A stretch of 64,000 nt of DNA, from positions 300,208 through 364,207 of the forward strand of contig LBWK01000001.1 of assembly GCA_000993565.1 (NCBI GenBank). Reading direction: 5' to 3'. This stretch comes from a candidate division WS6 bacterium GW2011_GWF2_39_15. GTDB taxonomy: Bacteria; Patescibacteriota; Dojkabacteria; SC72. A program made the translations under genes and the position numbers. Positions 47,766 to 57,120 of this stretch are shown in pieces. Within the stretch, counting starts at the first letter, position 1, and the number at the start of each line of letters is the position of its first letter. Under the pieces are notes generated by a model, which made no database searches, was not told the origin of the DNA, and worked only from the letters and a program-made list of their open reading frames with translations.

Positions 47766-48752
47766 TTATACTGTCCAAACACGAAACCCTAGTTGCGGAA
47801 GATTAAGTCCGAGTAGAACCTCCTCCAATTCAAGTTCGTTATGATTTTGCCCGCTGGAAGCTCCGTACATTGTGTCACCAACTATAACAAGATTAAGACT
47901 CTTGAGAGTGGCCCGGATCTGGTGCATCCTGCCCGTCTCTATTTTTATAAGAATTGTTCCATCTGATAAGGGTTTTATATACGTGAGCGAGTATTTATAT
48001 CCGCCGCGGGGAGAGCTGATTAGTTTCATTCTACGTCTATTTCCTACATCCCTCCCTATATATCCTTCCACTTTAATCCATTCTTCTGTGGCACCGTATG
48101 AATTCAACTTAAAACTTTCCATAGCCTCAGAATATGACTCCTTACTCCTCATTAGCTCCATGCCCGACTTCATCGGTTCGACTTTCGCTCTATACACCTT
48201 AACAACGTTGTGAGCCTCAAACTGCTTTACCAAATATACCTGCATACTTCGGGTCTTAGCAATTATCATTAGTCCTGAAACACCTTTATCAAAACGATGA
48301 ACAACACCAGCTCTATCAACCGACTTATCATACTCCCCTTTTCTTTCCAGATATCCTTTAATCGAATTGGCAAGAGTACCCTCCCAATTCCCTACTCCAG
48401 GATGAACAACAACTCCTTTAGGCTTATGTATGACGAGCCAATCATCTGCCTCTTCAATTATATTTAGTGGGACATGCTCCGGTACTATATAGTTCTTCTG
48501 AAGAATACTTTGGTCAATCATCTCCGTTATTACACGAGGATCAAATGTTACTTCGTCACCGATATTTAATCTTTTTCCTTTCTTAACCCTATCTCCGTTC
48601 ACCTGTACGCACTCAACAACAGCTTTGGAAAGAAAAGACCGGGAGAGCATATCTAAGTATTTATTCTCGACAAGCTTTGGAAGATGTTCAAGCAGATAGA
48701 GATCTACTCTCTTACCTTTATCTGTGACGTCTATAAGCTCTCTATACTGCAT
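47766..48752 (-). CDS. RluA-family 23S rRNA pseudouridine synthase (RluD-like) with an S4 domain
   Basis: HRFDKGVSGLMIIAKT (HRLD-type catalytic Asp) and TGRMHQIR. Confidence 0.85.
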   Translation of the reverse strand: MQYRELIDVTDKGKRVDLYLLEHLPKLVENKYLDMLSRSFLSKAVVECVQVNGDRVKKGKRLNIGDEVTFDPRVITEMIDQSILQKNYIVPEHVPLNIIEEADDWLVIHKPKGVVVHPGVGNWEGTLANSIKGYLERKGEYDKSVDRAGVVHRFDKGVSGLMIIAKTRSMQVYLVKQFEAHNVVKVYRAKVEPMKSGMELMRSKESYSEAMESFKLNSYGATEEWIKVEGYIGRDVGNRRRMKLISSPRGGYKYSLTYIKPLSDGTILIKIETGRMHQIRATLKSLNLVIVGDTMYGASSGQNHNELELEEVLLGLNLPQLGFRVWTV

Positions 48753-49594
48753 TACTTTTTACCTTTAGATATTCTTACTGCGCTCCCTATTTTAGGAAGC
48801 CTTGGGGCTTTAATGACCGTATCAACAACTATATTTGTCTTCTGCATATCATAGATATACAGAATGCTCGACAGCAGACAAAAGACAGCGAGCGCGTAGA
48901 GATTATATCTGTCTATCTTGGTAATTTCACTTGAAAGAAGTGAGAAAAGGATATAGATATTTGCTATGACAAAGTATGCAAAGTGAAGGATAAAGATATT
49001 CTTTTCGTAACTATCTCTATTATTCTTCAATGCTTTTTTAAGAAGATAGTGAAGGACTGAATATATTACAAAGATACCAATAATCCCCAGTCCCTGGTTT
49101 CTAACTTGAACATTTTCTCCGTAAAGACCCGTTGCAAACAGTGAAAGACCCAACATTATACTTCCCGAAATACTTATTACCCCCAGCATCTCCCTCCATC
49201 TCCATTTTTTTACAAATGTAGATAAAGCAAATGTTATAGTTGTGAACGCTACATACATACTAATATACAAAAAACCTCCATCCCAGATTTTCAAAAATTT
49301 CCAGGGAAGAAGACGAAAATAATAGATCCCATCGGAATACTTCTCGTAAGGCACTATTGACCATATCAAGCCTTGAAAATCAGCAGGGTTAGCAAGAATA
49401 TATGACACTCTTCCCCAAATAATAGTTATTATAAAAGCAATAATATATAAATCAAAGATGGAGTTACGGTCTTTCCTTGTCGCATGAGCTTCTGCCCAGA
49501 AAATATATATTCCAAGAACAGCAAGAACTACTAATATAGGGATAAAACCTACTCCAAGAAAAAAATTTTGAACGGATTCTAAAGCTTGGTTCAC
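48752..49594 (-). CDS. divergent prolipoprotein diacylglyceryl transferase-like membrane protein
   Basis: IIWGRVSYIL and KIWDGGFLYISMY resemble Lgt GGRIGYVL and VWDGGMSFHGG. Several Lgt signature residues are not conserved. Confidence 0.45.
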   Translation of the reverse strand: MNQALESVQNFFLGVGFIPILVVLAVLGIYIFWAEAHATRKDRNSIFDLYIIAFIITIIWGRVSYILANPADFQGLIWSIVPYEKYSDGIYYFRLLPWKFLKIWDGGFLYISMYVAFTTITFALSTFVKKWRWREMLGVISISGSIMLGLSLFATGLYGENVQVRNQGLGIIGIFVIYSVLHYLLKKALKNNRDSYEKNIFILHFAYFVIANIYILFSLLSSEITKIDRYNLYALAVFCLLSSILYIYDMQKTNIVVDTVIKAPRLPKIGSAVRISKGKK

Positions 49595-50235
49595 TTCTGC
49601 TTTTTATTTTTCTTAGATTTCTTTTTGGACTTTTTCGCTTTACTGTTTACGGGGAGTGGTCTAATTTCAGCTTTCATATTGACTCTAGCCTTGTATTCTT
49701 TCATCTGAGTAAATTTGCGGGATACAAATTCCTTGAAGGTCTCATACCTTACAACTTTCTTAACCTGAGGAATAAAAGCACTGTTTATATCTCCGCAAAA
49801 CGGGCAGTTCTCCCATCTTTTATCTATATTTACACCGCAGTTAGAGCATTTAACTTTGACCTCGGTTTTACAATATGGACAGTATACAAATCCCGGTTGA
49901 AGCATATTTCCGCATTTCATACAATCAGTAAGCTCAGCAGTCTCATACATTAGATATCGTCTTTCAAGATCTGACCAATACTGTTCCTGAAGCGTCATTT
50001 TAGGTCTGAGGATCAAGTATATGAGAAGCCCAGGGATATTAAAGATCAGTACACAAAGAGTTGCGAGAATTCTAAGATAAATCTTATCACTTCGCTCGCC
50101 TGAGTCTATCCAAACCCATGCCACTACGACAATCCAAAAAGCAAGAAAAACAAAAGATGAGTACTTAATGACAACATCGAAGTCCACTTTACTCAAGCCA
50201 TCAATGAAGTCGAGGACGGATTTTTCTAGATTCAT
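49591..50235 (-). CDS. membrane protein with a PLDc_N-like N-terminal domain and a double zinc ribbon
   Basis: WVWIDSGERS...IPGLLIYLILRP, then CMKCGN..CPYCK..CSNCG..CPFCG, and a Lys-rich tail. Confidence 0.55.
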   Translation of the reverse strand: MNLEKSVLDFIDGLSKVDFDVVIKYSSFVFLAFWIVVVAWVWIDSGERSDKIYLRILATLCVLIFNIPGLLIYLILRPKMTLQEQYWSDLERRYLMYETAELTDCMKCGNMLQPGFVYCPYCKTEVKVKCSNCGVNIDKRWENCPFCGDINSAFIPQVKKVVRYETFKEFVSRKFTQMKEYKARVNMKAEIRPLPVNSKAKKSKKKSKKNKKQK

Positions 50236-50264
50236 AAGGAGTGTAGCTAAAAATAATATACCTA

Positions 50265-50348
50265 TGGTCGAGGAGGGAGTTGAACCCTCACGCTATTGCT
50301 AGCATGGGATTTTGAGTCCCACGTGTCTGCCAGTTCCACCACTCGACC
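50265..50348 (-). tRNA. tRNA-Leu (anticodon CAA), class II with a long variable arm; CCA not encoded
   Basis: Folded by hand. Acceptor stem GGTCGAG/CTCGACC plus discriminator A. Anticodon stem TGGGA/TCCCA with loop CTCAAAA. Variable arm of about 15 nt. T arm GAGGG-TTCAACT-CCCTC. Confidence 0.85.
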
Positions 50349-50375
50349 ACTATGCGAATTATACTATTTACTCGC

Positions 50376-51710
50376 CTATTTGTCCTTCTTTTCACCCCTA
50401 TCTTTATATAGGTTTTTGAAACTGGCTATATTTTTAACAAATGCCAATTCTACATCACCCGTTGGTCCGTTTCTATGCTTCGCAACTATAACGTCTGCAA
50501 TCCCTTTCTTCTCCGAGTCCGGATTATACGTCTCTTCTCTGTCTATAAAGATGACAAGGTCAGCGTCTTGTTCTATACTTCCGCTTTCACGAAGGTCTGA
50601 TAGCTGCGGCCTTCTTGAGGTACGTGACTCAACTGCACGAGAAAGCTGCGACAAGGCTATAACAGGAACATCCAACTCACGAGCCATATTTTTAAGCCCC
50701 TGTGAAATCTCCCCAACTTCCTGAGTTCTTCCCTCTCTGCTGCTTCCGTGTACTAACTGCAAGTAGTCAACAATGATAATATCTATACCTCTTTCAAGAG
50801 CGACACGTCTTGCCTTCGTTCTTAGCTCATTTATGTGCTGGCCTGGAGTATCATCAATAAGTATCTGGGTTTCAGCAAGTTCACCCATTGCAATTGCTAA
50901 CCTTTCAAACATCTCATCATTTAGCTTCCCTGTTCTGGTATCCCAGAACGATACTTCCGCCTGCATACCCAGTAGCCTATCAAGTATCTGTGTATTGGAC
51001 ATTTCGAGAGAGAATATCAGGACTTTTTTCTTTTGGGTCACCCCTGCGTTCCGAGCCATATCCAAAGCAAAAGCAGTTTTACCTACAGATGGTCTTGCTG
51101 CAAGTATAATCAAATCAGATTTCTGAAATCCTCCTATTACATTATCCATATCACGAAATCCTGAGGAAATTCCAAGATATGTCTCTTCTCGCTCCGCCCT
51201 TTCGGCTCTCTCATAAGCATCTTTAAGAAGATCCTTGATATGAACAAAGTTCGTCTTAACACCTGTTTGAGCAACATCAAACAGAAGTTTCTCTGATTGA
51301 TCAACGACATCCTTCAGAGGCATACTCTCATCAAAACTAAGTTCGGTAATTTCAGAGGCAGAAGATATTAGCCCTCTTCGAACAGCATTTTCTTTGACAA
51401 TTTCTCCATACTCTTCGGCATGCGCGGAGGTTGGAACCAAATTAGCAAGATCTGTAAGGTATGCACGTCCTCCTATCTTAGATAACTGTTTTTTTCCTTT
51501 AAGCTTATTTGAAAGAGTCACAATATCTATTGGTTCCCCCTCTTCAAAAAGCTCTAGGATATTACTATATATAATTGAGTGCCTTTCCTCATAAAAGTGC
51601 TCTGCAAGAAGCCAGCCCGCTACATTTATAACCGCTTCCTTATCAAGAAGCATCGCACCTAAAACCGACTGCTCGGCTTCTGCATTTTGCGGTGGTAGTT
51701 TATATGCCAT
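50376..51710 (-). CDS. dnaB: replicative DNA helicase DnaB
   Basis: PPQNAEAEQSVLGAMLL, Walker A ARPSVGKTAFAL, Walker B IIVDYLQL and ALSQLSRAVE. Confidence 0.95.
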   Translation of the reverse strand: MAYKLPPQNAEAEQSVLGAMLLDKEAVINVAGWLLAEHFYEERHSIIYSNILELFEEGEPIDIVTLSNKLKGKKQLSKIGGRAYLTDLANLVPTSAHAEEYGEIVKENAVRRGLISSASEITELSFDESMPLKDVVDQSEKLLFDVAQTGVKTNFVHIKDLLKDAYERAERAEREETYLGISSGFRDMDNVIGGFQKSDLIILAARPSVGKTAFALDMARNAGVTQKKKVLIFSLEMSNTQILDRLLGMQAEVSFWDTRTGKLNDEMFERLAIAMGELAETQILIDDTPGQHINELRTKARRVALERGIDIIIVDYLQLVHGSSREGRTQEVGEISQGLKNMARELDVPVIALSQLSRAVESRTSRRPQLSDLRESGSIEQDADLVIFIDREETYNPDSEKKGIADVIVAKHRNGPTGDVELAFVKNIASFKNLYKDRGEKKDK

Positions 51711-51719
51711 ATTAATCGA

Positions 51720-52313
51720 TTAGCTTAAAAATACGATCTGCATAGTTCTTTCCTCTGACTCCGGCCTGCTCTCTACTTTAAGAGTCTTCTCTTCCGTGAA
51801 AGTTGAAAATCCGAAGTACTTCAAAAAGTCTTCTTTGGTTTTTCCACCCTCTTCTTTAGTCCCATACGGAACTAGTATCGCAGGTTCAACATTGGAAATT
51901 ATATCCTGAAGGGCTTCATATGCGGGAAAATCCTCTCCATCAGTATATGGGAGAAGAAGCACATCTACATCTCCTAAATCTTTAAGCAGTTTCATATCAA
52001 TATCTTTACTATCTGTTCCGATAAGTACAACCCTGATAAGTTCGTAATCAAGAATGTAGTGATGGGTTCCAAGAGGTCTTTGAATCATGAGACCTGAGAT
52101 CTCATACTCACCTGCACTATTTATCTCGAAAACATCTTTTCTGCTCACCGGTTTAACATCAGAGGCTTTACTACCGGCAGTATTAATTATGACATCTGCT
52201 TCCGAAGGAATCCCCTTTATCCCCTTCTCTTTAGCGAGAACCGGATCGGTAAGGACGGTGAGGTTATCTACTGAGATTGTAAATGATGTATAACCGTTGT
52301 ACTTAATCTTCAT
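51720..52313 (-). CDS. MBL-fold (UPF0173-like) protein lacking the HxHxDH metal motif
   Basis: MKIKYNGYTSFTISVDNLTVLTDPV matches the family's N terminus. ADVIINTAGSKASD sits where THGHxDH is expected. Confidence 0.45.
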   Translation of the reverse strand: MKIKYNGYTSFTISVDNLTVLTDPVLAKEKGIKGIPSEADVIINTAGSKASDVKPVSRKDVFEINSAGEYEISGLMIQRPLGTHHYILDYELIRVVLIGTDSKDIDMKLLKDLGDVDVLLLPYTDGEDFPAYEALQDIISNVEPAILVPYGTKEEGGKTKEDFLKYFGFSTFTEEKTLKVESRPESEERTMQIVFLS

Positions 52314-52364
52314 AGTGTTCCGACATAATTAAAATAGCTGTGTCAGACTAAGTATACCAGAGAG

Positions 52365-52754
52365 TTACTCAATTCTCACTAGGTTTGCAATAATTATTAA
52401 TCTATTCCGAAGTGTTAAGAGTGGCGTACATGTGTAAAGCGTCAGGGTTTCGTTACCCTCCAATCTTTTTTCATATTTGATCTCTTTCTTCTCTACAATC
52501 TCTTTACTATTTACCGTATAAATATACCGATTTCTCCTATACTCCAGATACACAATATCTCCCTTTTCAACCCTATTTAAATAGAAAAAGGGAGGGGGCA
52601 ATATGCTTGCGTATGATATTCTGTGCCCTGCAATAACGACGTTTCCACCGTCACCGGGGAATGGAGTATAAGGAAGGTGCCAGAGATCTAGAGAAAGCTC
52701 CTTTCCGGTATCGACATACTCATTTACCCCTATTACAGGAATGATCAATTTCAA
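52365..52754 (-). CDS. sortase-family transpeptidase (catalytic domain; its TM anchor is encoded upstream of any canonical start codon)
   Basis: VVIAGHRISY (His), LTLYTCTP (Cys) and RNRLIIIA (Arg). The track start is TTG at 52752-52754. The frame stays open upstream to a TAA at 52890-52892. Confidence 0.65.
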   Translation of the reverse strand: MKLIIPVIGVNEYVDTGKELSLDLWHLPYTPFPGDGGNVVIAGHRISYASILPPPFFYLNRVEKGDIVYLEYRRNRYIYTVNSKEIVEKKEIKYEKRLEGNETLTLYTCTPLLTLRNRLIIIANLVRIE

Positions 52755-52894
52755 GTCATATGAAAACGTATGAACCCTTGGTAACTCAGGATGAGAGTCG
52801 ACCTCTTTACGAATTGGGGTAACACAAAGGAATATAACGAGAAAGAGAAAAAATACTAAGCAAAAATATCTTACTATTTTACCGGAAGATTAAA

Positions 52895-53137
52895 CTATTT
52901 TAGCATTGCCACAACTCCATCGAGTTGTGCGAGAAGAGATTTCTTCATCTCTCCTTTTACTAATTCAAGTTTAGCACTTTGAAGTGAACTAATTATTGCC
53001 TCCATCTGACCAAGTATTTTTTGAGTATCTTCTTTCATTAATATCAATTTTTCGACTCCCCTTAGTTGACCCTCTATCCTATGTAGCCTATCTTGAATGG
53101 TCGACGGACCTTTTTTCGCCATAATTAACCTTTTCAT
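52895..53137 (-). CDS. CsoR/RcnR/FrmR-family (DUF156) transcriptional repressor lacking all Cys/His ligand positions
   Basis: IQDRLHRIEGQLRGVEKLI signature and an 80-aa three-helix size, with no cysteine in the protein. The alternative start MAKKG is at 53122. Confidence 0.65.
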   Translation of the reverse strand: MKRLIMAKKGPSTIQDRLHRIEGQLRGVEKLILMKEDTQKILGQMEAIISSLQSAKLELVKGEMKKSLLAQLDGVVAMLK

Positions 53138-53152
53138 AAATTAGCTGTGATA

Positions 53153-53182
53153 ATATTACATACCCGAGTGGGTATATGTCAA
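53153..53182 (-). promoter_or_regulatory. sigma70-type promoter with a CsoR-type operator palindrome in the spacer
   Basis: On the minus strand: TTGACA (53177-53182), an 18-nt spacer, then TAATAT (53153-53158). The spacer contains ATACCC-N4-GGGTAT (53160-53175). Confidence 0.55.
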
Positions 53183-53210
53183 CAGAGAATTGCCTCTCGA
53201 AATTATAGGC

Positions 53211-53234
53211 CCGAAATGAAATATTTCATTTCGG
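53211..53234. other. perfect 24-nt palindrome in a divergent intergenic region
   Basis: CCGAAATGAAAT|ATTTCATTTCGG. Confidence 0.6.
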
Positions 53235-53495
53235 ATTTAACCTTTTAAGAATATGTATTTAAGTTTAGACTATATTCCGGCTCTACCGCTCCTACCCTAT
53301 TCTCTATCTTATATAGCCAAGCCTTTGATCCACATATTTCAGGATTAATTTGCTGCTAATTTAGACCGGATCGTATTATACAGCCGATAGTTATACCCCA
53401 TGTCGGTATATTCAGATGACCGCGAAAATAACTATATTGATTAAGTTGAAATTTAAAATTATATTGCATAGGTAAATTTAACAATTAAATAAACT

Positions 53496-53903
53496 ATGCC
53501 ACCAAGAGATTCAGTATTTTCTGAGGTTATGGGAATCTGCAGAGGCTCTGTTCAGGATTTTGTACTAACACCTGATAGTCCAGCAGAGTTTGCTCAAAAA
53601 GCAACTGATATACTCTCGCGCCCTGGAGTGCTCCCGCTCCTACCCGAAGTATGCGTAATTGATTGTAAGTTTACACTAGACCCTTTTCGGGAAGGTAATC
53701 CAAACAAGATAGCAGTACGATACACCCTTAATACTGGAGATCCTGATGCAGAGAGAGCTATTGGATCAATAGTAGTAGGTATTGCCTCCAAACAGGGAGC
53801 ACAAATATTAAACCACGGGAGAATAATCAGAAACCCAGAGGGGTCAAGGATAGGGAGAGAAGACCTAATTGTACAGGTAACATCAAATGAGCATCTTTTT
53901 TAA
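53496..53903 (+). CDS. hypothetical protein
   Basis: 135-aa ORF, no recognisable motifs. Confidence 0.35.
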   Translation: MPPRDSVFSEVMGICRGSVQDFVLTPDSPAEFAQKATDILSRPGVLPLLPEVCVIDCKFTLDPFREGNPNKIAVRYTLNTGDPDAERAIGSIVVGIASKQGAQILNHGRIIRNPEGSRIGREDLIVQVTSNEHLF

Positions 53904-53973
53904 CAGAGCATCTATTCACATTAGATATACGCTTCTGTATAATGGATTAGTAATTTAAGCTTATCCTCTAAAT

Positions 53974-54459
53974 ATGCCGAGTAATCAACAGGATTTCGGT
54001 AATTCTTCCACTCCGCGAGAGTCCTTAGAACATAAGGCTATCTCCCCAGAAGATGAACCCCACATAACGAGAACAACCGTTCCCTTTGATGGAACCATTC
54101 ACAATCTTGGAGATAATATCGTAGAGCCAGACGAATTTCATTTCGAGAAACTTCTCACATCACAACAATTAGCAGAGTGTATAGCCAGAAGGGTAAAGAC
54201 CGAATCGATTCATCTTGGTGCTGCGGCAGTATTTGCGAGTCTTGGTGGAGTAGCCTTTGGCAAAATCGTTGATAAAATTTTCGAGACTTATATGCAAACC
54301 TCTCATCTGACCTTTAGTTCAATTTTGACTCCTGAAAATGCCGTTGCAGGTGTTCTTGCTTTAAGTGCAATAGCCCTTTCATCTGTTGCCGTAAGAGAAT
54401 ATGGCAGTGAATTCAGGGATAGTGTGTTGGAGCAGGAAGAAATAAAGGGAGAAGCTTAA
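53974..54459 (+). CDS. hypothetical membrane protein (two TM helices)
   Basis: GAAAVFASLGGVAFGKIV and AVAGVLALSAIALSSVAV. Confidence 0.35.
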   Translation: MPSNQQDFGNSSTPRESLEHKAISPEDEPHITRTTVPFDGTIHNLGDNIVEPDEFHFEKLLTSQQLAECIARRVKTESIHLGAAAVFASLGGVAFGKIVDKIFETYMQTSHLTFSSILTPENAVAGVLALSAIALSSVAVREYGSEFRDSVLEQEEIKGEA

Positions 54460-54476
54460 ATTAATGATAAAGAAAC

Positions 54477-54788
54477 ATGCCTAACTATTTTGATACTCAA
54501 ACAGGACTAATAATTCACCCAAAAGTACTAGAGTTTTTGAACAAAGTTAAAGTTGAGACCACACAGCAGAAAAAAGAGTCCCATACCATGATAACAGCCT
54601 ACATAATAAGTAAGCTGGGAGAGGAGCTTAAAAAGACATCCCTATTCACAAACTTTGATACAAATAACCCTGATAATACCAAACACTTAATAGCTTCCAT
54701 AAAAGGGAATGCAGAAGTCGAGCAGATTATTACAAACTTCTTTGAAACCAAGCTTGATACAGTCCTTAATGAACTTTTAGAGGGATAG
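54477..54788 (+). CDS. hypothetical protein
   Basis: 103-aa ORF, no recognisable motifs. Confidence 0.3.
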   Translation: MPNYFDTQTGLIIHPKVLEFLNKVKVETTQQKKESHTMITAYIISKLGEELKKTSLFTNFDTNNPDNTKHLIASIKGNAEVEQIITNFFETKLDTVLNELLEG

Positions 54789-54854
54789 CTTGAAGCCAAT
54801 AGCTACCAAATAATATTGGACACATTTTAACTCTTTTGTTATAATCCCCTTGCA

Positions 54855-55178
54855 ATGAAAAAGAATATACATCCAAAATATAATCACAATGTCAAAGTTA
54901 CCTGCTCATGCGGTAATCAATTTATCACAGGATCCATCCTTGACGAGATAACAACAGAGCTTTGTTCGAATTGTCACCCATTCTATACAGGAGAGCAAAA
55001 GATTGTAGACACTGCAAACTTAGTATCTAAGTATGAGGAAAGACAGAAGAAATCTCAGGCCATGTCTTTTAAGAGCAAGAAGGAGAAGATGGAAGCAAGA
55101 AAAATGAAGGCTAAAAAGGATGAGTCTAAAACAGGCACCCTCACACTTAAAGATATGCTTGCAAGTATATCTAAGTAG
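54855..55178 (+). CDS. rpmE: 50S ribosomal protein L31 with a Lys-rich C-terminal extension
   Basis: MKKNIHPKY, CSCGN and CSNCHPFYTGEQK. Confidence 0.9.
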   Translation: MKKNIHPKYNHNVKVTCSCGNQFITGSILDEITTELCSNCHPFYTGEQKIVDTANLVSKYEERQKKSQAMSFKSKKEKMEARKMKAKKDESKTGTLTLKDMLASISK

Positions 55179-55205
55179 CTAATTCCCAACCAATTCATAG
55201 CTAAT

Positions 55206-56315
55206 ATGGATATAACAACGATAGAGAAAGAGCTGGATTTAAATGGTATTAGAAATAGAAAGGAAGAGCTTGAAAAGTCTATGTCTAATCTCACCTCTCT
55301 TCCAAATGGAACTATTTCACAGATAGCCGCAGAGCTCACCTACTACTCTCAACTCTATACCCAAACCCTTTCACTTTCAAAAAAGATTGAATCGTATAAA
55401 GAGGCCGTGGAGATTATTAAACAGGGAGAGAGCAACGAGCTCTATGAACTTGCCTTAAATGACAAAAGTACCTTAGAACCTCAGATTGAGGAGGAATATA
55501 ACAATAGACTGGCTTTGGAGATTGAACACGAATTAGGAGATCCCGACGATAATAGATCCGTTCTTCTTGAAATACGTGCGGGAGCCGGAGGGGAAGAGGC
55601 TGCTCTTTTTGCGGGAGATCTTTTTAAGATGTACTCTCAATATGGAAAAAATAAAGGCTGGGCTATAGAAATTGTTGATAGCAGTATCAGTGAAAACGGG
55701 GGCTTCAAGGAGGTTATAGCACACATCAAGGGATCGAATGCGTATAAAGCCCTTAAGTATGAGAGCGGGGTACACAGAGTGCAGAGAGTTCCTATCACTG
55801 AAGCCTCAGGCCGTATTCATACATCTACAGCCTCAGTTGCAATAATGCCCGAAGCAAAAGAAATTGATATACAGATCGACCCACAGGATCTTAGAATTGA
55901 TGTAATGCGGGCAACAGGAGCAGGCGGACAAAATGTAAATAGAACTGACTCTGCTGTCCGTATAACTCACATACCTTCAGGTATAGTCGTAAGCTGCCAG
56001 GAGACTAAACATCAGGATCAGAATAAAGAGAAAGCAATGGCTCTGTTACGATCCCGCTTGTATGACAAAAAGAAGCAAGAAGAAGATGAGAAGCGCTCTC
56101 AATTAAGATCTTCTCAGATCGGCAGCTCAATGAGAGCAGAGAAGATAAGAACATACAATTTTCCGCAGACTAGAATTACCGACCATAGGATCAAGAAATC
56201 ATGGTTTAATGTTGATGCCGTTTTAGCTGGTGACATTGACGAAATGTTATCTGATATTACCAAAGAGCTTCAAAAGTTGGAGCTGGAAAAGAGACTCGAA
56301 GAGAAAAATGTTTAA
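55206..56315 (+). CDS. prfA: peptide chain release factor 1
   Basis: [25 protein letters not shown] (GGQ) and the [14 protein letters not shown] (PxT) tripeptide region. Confidence 0.95.
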   Translation: MDITTIEKELDLNGIRNRKEELEKSMSNLTSLPNGTISQIAAELTYYSQLYTQTLSLSKKIESYKEAVEIIKQGESNELYELALNDKSTLEPQIEEEYNNRLALEIEHELGDPDDNRSVLLEIRAGAGGEEAALFAGDLFKMYSQYGKNKGWAIEIVDSSISENGGFKEVIAHIKGSNAYKALKYESGVHRVQRVPITEASGRIHTSTASVAIMPEAKEIDIQIDPQDLRIDVMRATGAGGQNVNRTDSAVRITHIPSGIVVSCQETKHQDQNKEKAMALLRSRLYDKKKQEEDEKRSQLRSSQIGSSMRAEKIRTYNFPQTRITDHRIKKSWFNVDAVLAGDIDEMLSDITKELQKLELEKRLEEKNV

Positions 56316-57120
56316 TACGCAGCTCCAAATACTAAAAACCCTCCAGAATGATCTCGAAAATATTGGATATCCGGACTCATACCGTATTGCAAGGGAGATT
56401 TATCAATATTCGGAAGGTGATCCTCAAGTAATTGTTGAGACTATAGCAAGGCTTAGACAAAATACTCCTTGGGAGTATGTGAAAGAATCGAGTGAGTTCA
56501 AAGGCTACGATTTCATAGTAAACCCAAGCGTTTTGATTCCGCGGATCGAAACAGAACAGCTAGTAGATATTGCAGCAAAAATACTTAGAGAAGACACGAA
56601 AATTAACCATATTGTGGATGTGGGGACCGGAAGTGGAGCAATCATATGCAGCTTATTTAAAGAACTTAACAATAAGGCTCTTAAATATACTGCATCAGAT
56701 ATAAGTACAGACGCTTTGAAAACAGCAAAGAAAAATGCCGCCAAACTAGATATAAAGGAGATTAATTTTATAGAAACAAACTTAGCCAAAGATATTAATA
56801 TTGATCAGCATACCTTGGTCATAGCAAACCTACCTTATATACCTACCGATACTTACATGAAGCTAGATCCATCTGTAAAGGATTTTGAGCCTAGAATTGC
56901 ACTGGATGGAGGGAGAAAGGGAGTAGACCAGATTCAAGAACTCTTCAAACAGTTACTGCTATCCCCTGCCCTACCTAAATATATCCTTCTGGAAATAGAC
57001 GCGGAAATTCTTCCTGATGTTAAATTGACAATTAAAAGCAAAACAACCAAGTACAGTATGGAAACTGTAGAAGATTATCGAAAGCAGATCAGGTTTGTTA
57101 TTTGTTCCCTCACTGCCTAA
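56308..57120 (+). CDS. prmC: release-factor glutamine N5-methyltransferase PrmC/HemK
   Basis: Start moved to MFNTQLQ (ATG 56308), overlapping prfA by 8 nt. Motifs are [10 protein letters not shown] (SAM binding) and VIANLPYIP (NPPY variant). Confidence 0.85.
   Translation: MFNTQLQILKTLQNDLENIGYPDSYRIAREIYQYSEGDPQVIVETIARLRQNTPWEYVKESSEFKGYDFIVNPSVLIPRIETEQLVDIAAKILREDTKINHIVDVGTGSGAIICSLFKELNNKALKYTASDISTDALKTAKKNAAKLDIKEINFIETNLAKDINIDQHTLVIANLPYIPTDTYMKLDPSVKDFEPRIALDGGRKGVDQIQELFKQLLLSPALPKYILLEIDAEILPDVKLTIKSKTTKYSMETVEDYRKQIRFVICSLTA

Noticed and set aside
50296-50724. 142-aa plus-strand ORF
   Set aside because: It overlaps the minus-strand tRNA-Leu and is antisense to the conserved 3' end of dnaB, so it is spurious.
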